DNA of 64,000 bases from Tubulanus polymorphus (lineage: Eukaryota > Animalia > Nemertea): NCBI RefSeq assembly GCF_964204645.1, contig NC_134026.1, positions 18,200,150 to 18,264,149 of the forward strand. Direction: 5' to 3'. Both the position numbers and the translations under genes were made by a program. Positions 1 to 11,490 of the stretch are shown piece by piece. Numbering within the stretch: position 1 is the stretch's first letter; the number at the start of each line of letters is the position of its first letter. The notes under the pieces were generated by a model. That model ran no database searches. It was given only the letters and a program-made list of their open reading frames with translations, and had not been told where the DNA came from.

Positions 1-76
1 GGCGATGACACGAATAGACCTACATGGTGGCCTGATTAAATCAACAATCCGGAGGGATATTTTGCTGAATTTTGAC

Positions 77-729
77 CGAAACAAATGGAAAATCAGGACA
101 ATTCCACATACTAAGCAGCAGGATAGCACGTCATGTGGACTTCTATGCCTTGCTGTGAGTAGCAAAAAAAAATTCAATAACTCCTTCAAATTATCACTGA
201 TAGTTTCTTTAATTTATAGGTCTTCGCATTACCTGAAATTCTCTTCTTTCAGTTCGCTGAAGGTCTAATATGCGAAACCTCGCTAGAGGATTTTGAATCA
301 GCTAGTTCTGGAATCGAATCTATGCAAGAACAAGTGCTGGAAATTCTCCATGGTGTATGCGGTAGGTACTCTTCTATCAGTAGATCAAAGCGCAACTTGT
401 TGGTGGTCAAGATACATCTGAAATAAATGAAATGAACAATATATATATTTCTATAGATACAGAAATACTAAAAATGGTATGCCGGTTGTGTGGCCAAAAG
501 GAACCAGCTGATGACAAACACAAAAGAATTCTCTGGGTAAGAGTTACAAAAAAGCTGTTAATAATCACTTATATTATTATTACCATACTCTGATCAGATT
601 ATTGGATTATCTCTTTTTAAGGAAGGATGTGAGAGGTGTGAATTCTTTTGGCTGCACAGGCAGTGTATCAAGAGGGGTAAAGGAAGTTGCCGATTGAGAA
701 GAGGTGTTTGTCCAATTTGTGCACTGTAA
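77..729 (+). CDS. 3' part of a spliced Ulp1/C48-like cysteine protease + PHD finger gene (exons ~77-154, 253-361, 457-536, 622-729)
   Basis: GT-AG introns join in frame: KQQDSTSCGLLCLA|FAE... (Ulp1 Q-x5-C catalytic motif), then CRLC...WEGCERC...WLHRQC...CPIC* (C4HC3 PHD); stop TAA 727-729. Confidence 0.75.
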
Positions 730-994
730 TAATGTTTTGTATTTTGTGAATAGACAATTCGAAATATATTTTATACTGTAATCGTTTTTCTCTTACATTG
801 GATTGTAAAACATTACCAACTCATTCAGACTTGCACTTATTAACTATGTTCAAGTTGGTCGGTCAAGGTTTACTGTATTTTTTGGTGAAAGGAGATATTT
901 TCTATGTTTTTATGGATATACAACAAAATGTTTGTAGGACTCGTGGTGCAATTTGAATCGAAAGTTGATGGATGGACGAATGGTTAGAGGATGT

Positions 995-2420
995 CAGCTA
1001 TCCCCAGGGATGTTAATATGCCAGATAATGTCCAGTTAAGGTCCCCAGGGTTGTTAATGCAGATATCAACTTCAGGGATGTAAATATGCCAGATAATGTT
1101 CATTTAAGGTCCCCAGGGTTGTTAATATAAATATCAACTTCAGGGATGTAAATATGCCAGATAATGTCCATTTAAGGTCCCAGGGTTGTTAATGTAAATA
1201 TCAACCCCCAGGGATGTAAATATACCAGATAATGTCCAGGTAAGGTCCCCAGGGTTGTTAATGTAAATATCAACTTCAGGGATGTTAATATGCCAGATAA
1301 TGTCCAGTTAAGGTCCCCAGGGTTGTTAATGTAAATATCAACCCCCAGGGATGTAAATATACCAGATAATGTCCAGGTAAGGTCCCAGGGTTGTTAATGT
1401 AAATATCAACCCCCAGGGATGTAAATATACCAGATAATGTCCAGGTAAGGTCCCCAGGGTTGTTAATGTAAATATCAACTTCAGGGATGTTAATATGCCA
1501 GATAATGTCCAGTTAAGGTCCCCAGGGTTGTTAATGCAGATATCAACCCCAGGGATGTTAATATGCCAGATAATGTCCAGTTAAGGTCCCCAGGGTTGTT
1601 AATGCAGATATCAACCCCAGGGATGTTAATATGCCAGATAATGTCCAGTTAAGGTCCCCAGAATGGTTAATGTAAATATCAACCCCCAGGGATGTAAATA
1701 TGCCAGATAATGTCCAGTTAAGGTCCCCAGGGTTGTTAATGCAGATATCAACCCCAGGGATGTTAATATGCCAGATAATGTCCAGTTAAGGTCCCCAGAA
1801 TTGTTAATGTAAATATCAACTTCAGGGATGTTAATATGCCAGATAATGTCCAGTTAAGGTCCCCAGGGTTGTTAATGCAGATATCAACCCCAGGGATGTT
1901 AATATGCCAGATAATGTCCAGTTAAGGTCCCCAGAATTGTTAATGTAAATATCAACTTCAGGGATGTTAATATGCCAGATAATGTCCAGTTAAGGTCCCC
2001 AGGGTTGTTAATGCAGATATCAACCCCAGGGATGTTAATATGCCAGATAATGTCCAGTTAAGGTCCCCAGAATTGTTAATGTAAATATCAACTTCAGGGA
2101 TGTTAATATGCCAGATAATGTCCAGTTAAGGTCCCCAGGGTTGTTAATGTAAATATCAACTTCAGGGATGTTAATATGCCAGATAATGTCCAGTTAAGGT
2201 CCCCAGGGTTGTTAATGTAAATATCAACTACAGGGATGTTAATATGCCAGATAATGTCCAGTTAAGGTCCCCAGGGTTGTTAATGCAGATATCAGCCCTG
2301 GGGATGTTAATATGCCAGATAATGTCCAGTTAAGGTCCCTAGGGTTGTTAATGCAGATATCAGCCCCAGGTATGTAAATATGCCAGATAATGTCCAGTCA
2401 AAGTTCCCAGGGTTGTAAAA
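995..2420. repeat. ~68-bp tandem minisatellite, about 21 copies
   Basis: GATAATGTCC recurs at 1501 and 1569 (68-bp period); unit CAGGGATGTTAATATGCCAGATAATGTCCAGTTAAGGTCCCCAGGGTTGTTAATG(C/T)A(G/A)ATATCAAC(CC/TT). Confidence 0.95.
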
Positions 2421-3463
2421 ATTTATCTGATTAAATCAACAATCCGGAGGGATATTTTGCTGAATTTTGACTTTTTTGGTTCGTTTAAAGCCACATTTAC
2501 TCATAGAAATATAATTAATCAATTTACCCTAAAGGGCTGTAAGTATGTCAGATATGACCATTCAATATCCTCAGGGACGTTAACGAACAATACCCATCCA
2601 GTTAAGATCCCTGGGGCCGCTAATTGGGGCTGCATGCCGTAAAACGGCATACAGTTATACCTGTGAAACGGGCGCAGCCATATTTGACTTTTGATTGGTT
2701 GAGCTCACAGAGCGACGCCATCGTGCGGCAGACTAGCGGAACTAATCTGCTCTGGATTGTTCGGCATGCCTGCCGCCGGAAATAATCTAAAGTCGAGGTT
2801 TAATCGGATGTGAAAAGTAAGAGAATTAGCATAGCAACAACGAAAGATATAGATCCGCTATAGATAAAGTATATAAAATCATTCCTCGGAGGTCAACCAC
2901 TCCCCAGCGAACAAAAAGGGAAAATAACACGATACGCGGGGCCAGCGCGTACCCTCCTGGCTATATCCACACCGTGCGCACGGAATTTTCACGCTGAACA
3001 TTCCCAGTGCTTTCTGCACATAAACTCTGCCCGTCGGTGCGGCGTGCACCGAAAGCATCACGGCGATTCCCCTGAGCTTCCCCGCAACATCTCTATAAAA
3101 TGGGGTCTTTGAGAGTAGTTATGACCTCATCCTCAAGCGGAACCTTCACCAAGAACCTTAGTGTCTGATGTACCACAGGATCGTAGAGCAACGTAGATAC
3201 ACTGTGGAGATAGCCACACTGCCAGGACTGGGTGAAGCGGAACCATGAATCCCGTAAGGCGAAAAGAACTAAGTTTACGAGTAGGAATTTAGGTAAAAGC
3301 ATAACTATGAGAATTATATATATTATTCGAATATGTATAAGGTTTTGTAAATAAATATAGTACACCGCGAACACTCGAAGAAAAAGGGCTAATAAAAATG
3401 GGTGAAATTCCCAAATAGACCAAATAGAGAGATACATAAACGCCTAATTAGATTAGAATTACA

Positions 3464-3975
3464 GGCCTACTGTCTGTCACACCTACTCTCCGTGCGACGT
3501 TTTGGTCCGTAATTTCGTTAATAATCGGTTTATCTACCTTTATTATGCATCAATTTGTTCAGTGAGGAATTTGCATTCAGAAATAAACAACAATTTCCAC
3601 TTAAGTTGTTTTTGTTTTCATTCATGAGCGATAGTTTACTCGGCATACGCTCGCGTAATGCTGAAAAATCAGCTCCGCGGACGCTCGGAAACGTTACAGT
3701 GCCGTCATCACCTGTTCATTAGCATATCAAAATACAGTAGGTGGCGCCACGTGACGGGCCATAAAAGCCGTTTTTCAGCATTACGCGAGCTTATGCTGGG
3801 TAAACTATCGCTGATAGAAGAAAACACAAACAAATTTATGCCAGTTCATGATTTATTTCTGAATGCAAATTCCTTACTGAACAAATTGATGCATAATATT
3901 TACAGATCAACCAATTATTAACGAAATTACGGACCAAAACGTCGCACGAAGAGCATGTGTGACAGACAGTAGTCT
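3464..3975. mobile_element. Non-autonomous foldback/MITE with ~200-bp imperfect TIRs
   Basis: CTACTGTCTGTCACAC...GTGCGACGTTTTGGTCCGTAATTTCGTTAATAAT is mirrored by ATTATTAACGAAATTACGGACCAAAACGTCGCAC...GTGTGACAGACAGTAG; TSD not resolved. Confidence 0.85.
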
Positions 3976-6379
3976 AAATAAGCTATAAATAGGCTCAAAG
4001 GTATAACAGGTCTGTGAGTAGAATGAGAGGAGCGATTGATGAAGAAAAGGTTCTTCGACGTCGTAAGAGAAAGTGTTGAGTCGCCAAGTTGACTCGGGAG
4101 GACACATCGTCAGTGAATTCGTCGGAATAAAGTAAATAGCTTGATAGACGAGTCGCCGGGTTGACATCTGTCATCGGTAAGACATCTGGCTCAACTCCAG
4201 AACAGGTAAAAGTAGATCTGCCCAGGCTGAGTACATAGCACGTATTCTTCGCTCACTCTCAAACCACCACAGACCTGGATAAAACCTGACGAGCCGGAGC
4301 TCAGCCAAGCGTGTCTTTACCTAATCTTCTTAAAAGCTCGGACCGTAAGTGATTATAGATACTCAAAATGCAAGAAAAGGAACCGTTTTGACGGTTGTTT
4401 ACTAATCAACACGTGCTCGCGACGTTACGATAAAAACATTACCATATTTGGAGAGTGGAACCAAAACAAAACACCTGATTGGTCAAAAGCGCAAAAGCGC
4501 CACCCAACGCGTGCATAAATAATTAGGTGCTGACATAAAAAATGGAGGATGTCAGCACGGCAACCGGCAACAGCTGATCAAGTTGAAAACCGTTGCCAAC
4601 GCTTCCACGCGGAGTCGAAAAGCGAGAAGAACGTATCTAAGGAGACCAATTCAGGCATTTTGCCAACTCCCCGAATATGGTAATCTAAAAGAATTCGTCA
4701 ATTAATTACTAGGAAATATCATGTCGGGCATTTTCGCTACGAACCCCCCCCCCCCTCCCCCCTCCAGACCTAGACGTCCTCGCCTAGTACATTAGAAAAT
4801 TGAACTAAAAGCGAAAATATCCGAACTGACATATAAATTACCTAAGATGAGATAATACACACATACGTTGATGAAATTCATTAATCCATTTTATAAATAT
4901 TGCGCTTAAATTATCACAGTTCAATTAATTTCTATAATCTTACAGGGATCCTGAATTTAATTTTTCTCTGATGATACTGCAGAATAAACATTGAATTTCA
5001 GCAGCCGAAGAGGACTCGATGATGATGACACTGTCGAACATCTCATGGCGATGGATAATCTTCTAGCATTTTGCCTAGTGTGAATGTACATGTACCAGTT
5101 GAAGCAATAGTTGAAGCAAGTTCTTCATAAAAGACACCAACGCGATATCTAAAATGTATATCTATGTAAATATATGTATGGTGAGTTCTTGTTTTCTGGA
5201 CGATCACTGGAGTTGTACTGATAAATCCTCTTCTCTTACGAAAGCCTCCTCTCCTCTTACGAATGAAACCTTTCCTCTTTTACGGATGACCAAGAGATAT
5301 ATCTCATCTCCGGGAATGAAAATCGGTATTGTACACAATTTGGGTAAGGTAAATGCTTTAAGCAATATAGCTGACGTTACAAGAGTCCTACTGCGTCCAC
5401 ATAACTAAGGTGAGTATAGTGAAGAAGGGGTAGTTGTACCTCCACAGGAAAAAAAAAGATAGTGCTCAACATTCCGGAGACTGCAGTGGCTTTAAAGAAA
5501 TGCGAAAATCCCCGACTACACTCAGGTGTGCGACTCCCGGAACTCCCACGGCTTGAGGTGAGAAAAGTTACTGCACACAGCATCACGCCTAGGGTGATTG
5601 GCCACTCGACCCGAACATGATACGCGGTAACCAGCGCGCGCTTACTCTCATTACATCTCATTCTAAGGGACTCGGTCCCCAACACTCACCCCTCCCGCTA
5701 GTGTGACAGCACGTCCAACGCCACATAATACAAAGCCGACGAACGCTGCATCGTACATCGAAGGACCCCGGGGCCTTATCCGGTGATCCTCTACTGCGCG
5801 TGGTACAACTAGCTCGCCTCGGGCCCCTCGCACATATAAATAAGCCACAAACAACCAAAATCAACCTAAATGACCACGAGTTTAAAGGAAAATGAATCGA
5901 TGTACACTTTATTTTCATTAGAAATACACTATACGTAATATCGGGCTAATCGACTATAACTGCTCCCTGGCGTATATTCTTCCAGTACCGGCGACGCAGC
6001 TCTATCTATGTCGACACTAAATTGTGAGGCTCCCATCTGCTCAGCGGAGCGTACCAGTGAGAAAGAAGGAAATAACTCTAGACTTTATATACGCGGACTT
6101 AATTATCCCACACCGAAACTTTCGCGAAGCACGCGACTCAAGGTTCGTCATACAAAACGTTACGGGGACATATGTTTATTTCACACTATTAGACGAGGTC
6201 CTCTCCCTCCACAAAATGTAACTTAAATACTACTACTATACGCGGGCATACACACTACCGTCCGAGCGGTACAACTAGCTCGCCTCGGGCCCCGACACAT
6301 TAACATTGCACGTATAAACTTTATTTATCCACTTATCCCTGCATCATAGGGCGTTAAACATTAAACTAAGACTAAGGGA

Positions 6380-8394
6380 CACATATTTCCCTTGGAAACA
6401 TATCGTTGTTTTGTTGGCGAACTGGCGAATATGTTTTTTGAATGTAATGAGAAAAGAAAGGGTGAAATTTTAGGGATATTTGCAATACCATAGTGCGAAC
6501 AATAAATAACCTTTCTTATAAGAAAATCGGTTTTGATTAAACCTGGACAACTCGTTTATAAGTTTAAGCGACTAATTCTACTCTTTGCGAAGACTTGGTC
6601 GAGATAAACAACTTTAAAAGTGGCCCATGATATTCGTCACCATTGCTAACTTCAAAAAAAGATATTCGCCGCATATTCGCCACTATCCTAAATAAGAATA
6701 CAGTTATTCGTACAGCATTCGTCGCATATTCGCCAGTTTGCGATGTCACATATGGAGCACGTTCCATGATATATGGCAATTCTCCTGAATGTAAAATGTG
6801 AAAATCCAAGGTAAATAAAAGAAATCTTCCAGTAAGGCCGCTTCGTAGAAAGGTCTGTTTAACCTCCGAGTTCAACGAACATCAGAAACTGGATACAAAG
6901 ACTACAAAACTAATGTAACGCAAATAAACTTTAATTTCCATAAAAATGAACTAACTTTCAGATTAAACCCTTGAAAAAACAGATGAAAATTTAACATGAA
7001 ACTTAAAAATCTAAATTCTTAAGTCCATCTATTGAACAAACGTAGTTTTAATTTTTGTACCGCGAGTTTTTGTAGAATAGAATATGCTCGGGCATTCTAA
7101 TAACAGGATTGTGTCCATTAGTTAAACTTATCAAGTCGTTATATTTTGCGGCATTTATTTCCTGGCTATTTGTGTATGCTTTGTGAAGAGATATGATGTT
7201 TCTTCGAAGAGGCAAGTTGAGGGTCTGGAAACCAACCTCATTATGCGCTAATTTAAACTCGATTTGATTATGATTTCCTTTAGACACGCGAAGTTGCATT
7301 ATATCGGGCCATTTAATTGCCACGCCCTCTTCTGAGAATCGCGAACATAGAATACCGAATGACTGTGACAGTGCTTTGAAATCGAAAATGTCTTCAGTAC
7401 AGACATCTGTGACTTTGTACGGACGAGAACATGCCATTTTCACCAGTATCGAGAGCTGAGCGTGAACAAAAATGTCTCCAGTTATTTTTAGAGCTCGATC
7501 AATCACGCTATGGACTGAATCCCCTTCAGACTGCCCATGGTTAGTTTCGAAATAGAAAATAGTGATGTCTCGGAGGTTCACGCATTTCCCTAATACATAC
7601 AGCATCATTCCACATACGATTGAATTTTTGTTTTGCCCAGCACATCCATCACAAAACAATGAAGCATGTTCAAACCCTTGTTTGTCTGCTTCTAAGAGAT
7701 ATGCCGCAAGATGCGAGGATATCTCATTGGAACCTCTTCCGGCAATAGACTCGTTCCACAAATAGCAATGGCCCTCTTTCGTCTTGATATTGAAGATCGA
7801 AAAATTGTAGCAGGATAGTCTCCTTTTGTAAAATACTTCACAGCGATTCGATTTCGGAAGAAAGATGACCTGCTGAAGATCAAAGGAAGCTACCAGTCTC
7901 TTGTCGTCATTCTCATCTTTGTAAAACTGTTTTATTTTCTTTCTGTTTTTCCGAGATATGTTTTTCGTATTGACTGCGTAAGCTGTCTTTCTCTTCTACA
8001 GTTGCGTTGCGAAACCCCTCACAAATACCACATAAGTCTTTCTTAGGTTTAGTGAAAGCTAAATACATTTTAGAAAATGTACGATAGTAGTACGAGAATG
8101 ATACGCTCTCATTGTCGGAGTGGTCGTCTTGATACATTTTGTGCATCATAGATAAGGTAAGTTCGCTCGAGATACTCTTTAGAGGTTGACGATCTGCAGT
8201 AGTGGGACTCTGTACGGGGGAATTTGTTAATGTGAGCGATGACAAGTTCCTTGATCCTTTCATCTCTCGTTTTCTGAATTTCCGGCCGACCACCACGCCT
8301 TTCAGGTTCAATACATCCAGCTTTCACCGTTTTTTCCAATGCCGTTCTTACTTGACGTTCAGCAATATTTACTGTGTTTAGAAACATGGTAACT
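6380..8394 (-). mobile_element. Sola1-like DNA transposon fragment (5' truncated, frameshifted)
   Basis: Transposase pieces 8109-8394, 7913-8311 and 7048-7761 with ESHYCR, KPKKDLC..C, DGCAGQNKN and HGQSEGDSVHSVI motifs; degenerate inverted subterminal repeats at 6385-6790. Left boundary approximate. Confidence 0.75.
7048..8394 (-). pseudogene. Sola-type DDD transposase, disrupted
   Basis: WNESIAGRGSNEISS...DGCAGQNKN...GDSVHSVI; split across several frames. Confidence 0.8.
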
Positions 8395-10172
8395 GAGGTC
8401 CCAGTCATCCTGGCTCGACTCCATCCTGGCTCGACTCAATTACGAGCGTTAACTCCGACAACAGGGTACGATGAAACCTTTCTACGAGACCGTCGGACTG
8501 CGGGTGGTAAGCTGTAGTGCGAGTTTGCTGGATCGCCAACAGTCTGCACACTTCCCTAAATAACTTCGACATAAAGTTGCTCCCTTGATCAGAATGCAGA
8601 AACTCAGGAATACCCAGTCGAGCAAAGAACTCCCGCGTCAATAAATCGGCAATGGTTGACGCCTCTTTATTGGGAATAGGGAAGGCCTCCACCCACTTGG
8701 TGAAATAATCGGCTACTACCAACACGGCCACATTCCCACGTTCCGTTTCCCGCTTCTTGACTATATAGAGCAACCCATCTGACATCAAAAGAGACTTCCA
8801 CCTCGCACAACTTGACGGCCTGACTTACCGCAGATCTCCCTCGCATCAGGAGAAGAGCCCGACTTAAATACAGTAATCAACCATTGGAATTCAGGATCAC
8901 TCGCCTGAGCAGCTCTTTCTGAAGCTGCGACGGCAGACACGAGAAAGCGCGTCAGCATTCCCATGATTACGCCCCGGTCTGTGCTCAATTTCATAATCGT
9001 AACTATCGATGACTGATATCCAACTCGCAACTTGTCCCTCAGGTTCCTTAAACGACGTAAGCCAACGTAAGGAGGCGTGATCAGTTCTCAACCTAAACTT
9101 CCGCCCCCACAAGTAATGAAGGAAGTGTTTCATGAATGTGACTACAGCTAGCAATTTACGACGAGTGACACAGTAATTGCGCTCATCCTTCGACAACGAT
9201 TTACTGGCATATGATATGACCCTCTCCATACTATCCTGAACTTGTGACAACACGCCACCAATTCCAGAGGCGCTGGCGTCCGTGTCAAGAATAAACTGCA
9301 ATTCCGGACGAGGATATGCCAACACCGGAGCAGATATCAGGCATTCCTTCAGTTTACTGAATGCTTCTTGACACGCTGGTGTCCAAACACGCATGATTCT
9401 TCTCTGTTAGCCGATGCAGGGGCTTGGCAATAGTAGCGAACCCTGGACAAAACGACCTATAATATGATGCCAATCCAATGAACGATCTCACAGCTGTGAC
9501 GCAGTCGGGTATCGGCCAAACCCTAACGGCACTTATCTTTTCAATATCACAAGATATTCTGGATTCCGACACGACATGACCTAGGTATCGAACTGACTAG
9601 CGAAAAAAGTCGCACTTCTTTGGCTTAAGTTTCAAGCCGGTTTTCCTAAATCGCTTGAATACAGCACGCAGATTCTCAATGGTAGAGTCTAAACTCTTTC
9701 CGAACACGATGACATCGTCCAGGTAGACGAGACATATTTCATACTGGAGACACGATAACACGTTCTCCATCAGCCGCTCGAAAGTGGAGCTGGCATTACA
9801 CAGGCATTTGATTTAATGTGAAGAGTTGGGTTTAACGAAGAAAACAAGAAATGTAAATAGCTTAGTCTAAGGGAATAGTTGAGAAAACATGATTCAGAAA
9901 CTTGGTATGTAGTGTTGGTGGTTGGAAATATATTTCTAGTCGGAGAGTGGTTGATGGAGGCAGCAGATTCTGTAGAAACCATACTAAATTTGGTACGGAG
10001 AGATCACGTGGTTGAAACTTGGTAGAGGGAGAGACTAGAAGTTGGGTAACAAGTAGAGAGGGAGAGAGTTCGAATTTTGGCAGCCACCAGCACAGTTGTC
10101 AGTAGATCCCATGAGATTGCCTAGTTGTTAGTTTATTTTTTGGAGAAGTCATCTTAAGAGGCAATCGATCAA

Positions 10173-10190
10173 TGGTGGAGAACCCGGGCA
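10173..10190 (+). promoter_or_regulatory. Primer binding site, probably tRNA-Ala
   Basis: TGGTGGAGAACCCGGGCA lies 1 nt after the LTR-terminal CA and is complementary to ...TCTCCACCA tRNA-Ala 3' ends. Confidence 0.75.
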
Positions 10191-10317
10191 ATTTTGGCAA
10201 CTATTAAGAGGAAAATTGAGCGCAAAAGAAAACTACAACAACAGCGAACTCAGGAAAATTCAAACGGGAACGGAAGACTCAAATACTTTGGACGTGAAGG
10301 AAAATTCGACGTAAGTT

Positions 10318-11458
10318 GTGAAAATGAATGTGCCGGTCTTTAGTTTGGAAAACAGTCAAGCTACATCACCAGACTTTGTGAGTAAAATTAATCAGTTGCA
10401 GACTCAAATTGCTACTTTGGAAGCGGGTACAACGGTCACCCCAGACGGGCTAGCTTTTAGGCCTGATATTCACCCTCTGGGGATGCAGATGAAGATATTG
10501 TAGATCTTTTGCGGGATTTTCAAATAAGAGTTGAGTTTGGGGGGTGGAAAAAGAGTAAAGCGCTGGCCGCTTTACCGATGTACTTGAAAGGGCGTGCCCG
10601 AGAGTACTATTACTATTTACGATCAAACCCTCCGCTAGATGCGGAAAATAAGATCATAGAAAGATCTTTTGAGGAAATTTTAGATTTGTTTAAAGAAAAA
10701 TTTAAGAATGAGGACATGCAATTTGTAACTCAGCAACAATTTTACAAGTTGAAGATGAATGAAGGTGAATCACTTGACTCGTATATTAGGAGGTTACTAT
10801 ACTTGGCTGGTAAACTTGAGAAGTCGGGTGAGGACTTGTTGCAGCCATTTCTGCATGGGTTGCTACCAGCCACAAAGGCGTTTGTAATTGGGAAATGCCC
10901 AATCAATTTTGACCAGGCGATAACTTATGCCAGATTATCGCAGGAACTTGAAAAAATATCGCCGGCATCAATCAGGTCATTGAATATAGATTATTCCCGT
11001 CAGATAGCCTTAGAGCAGGAAGTAAAAGGTTTAAGTGAGAAATTGAGTTGTTGCAATTACAAAAGGGTGAAACGAGTCAAAACAAATCTCGACCGATTAG
11101 ATTATCGGATGGTCGACCATATTGCGAGTATTGTCAAACGGTAGGGCATACAACATCAAGATGCCGAATATGCCATTACTGTGGTCGTCGTGGCCATATC
11201 GCCCGACAATGTCGGAGTCCACGGCAAAACTATAATAATCCGACAAATTCCAACCGCCTACCGCAACGACAATATTCGCAAGTGAGGCAACCAACTGATA
11301 ATCGATTTGATCATTTCCGGGAAAGTTCAGTTTATCAGGATAATTCACGTGAACCGCCGCCTCTTAGACAGCAAGCTCAATCATTTATACCACGAAATAG
11401 AACGCACACAGTGAATAGTTTATATGAATTTGAGACCCCGCCTCCGGGAAACGAGTAA
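10318..11458 (+). pseudogene. gag: gag (retrotransposon capsid + Zn knuckles), frameshifted
   Basis: YLKGRAREYY...MNEGESLDSYIRRL...FLHGL; CEYCQTVGHTTSRC and CHYCGRRGHIARQC. Confidence 0.85.
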
Positions 11459-11490
11459 GGGCCTATGATAACGGGGTGAATCAAGGTCCT
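11446..11490 (+). promoter_or_regulatory. -1 ribosomal frameshift signal (G GGA AAC + hairpin)
   Basis: CCG GGA AAC GAG TAA in the gag frame; the -1 frame is open into ORF 11476-11952; downstream stem AGGGCCT-ATGAT...ATCA-AGGTCCT. Confidence 0.75.

Larger units (their letters stand above)
1..2628 (+). mobile_element. One end of an EnSpm/CACTA (CMC)-like DNA transposon carrying a Ulp1-PHD gene
   Basis: Ends in ...CCGCTAATTGGG (reverse complement CCCAATTAGC, like animal EnSpm CCC-termini); subterminal CAGGG-rich tandem repeats; Ulp1-type cargo gene. The other end is not visible. Confidence 0.55.

Noticed and set aside
995-2420. CRISPR array (this array or the 24-bp array)
   Set aside because: Head-to-tail repeats with no unique spacers, no cas genes, eukaryotic context.
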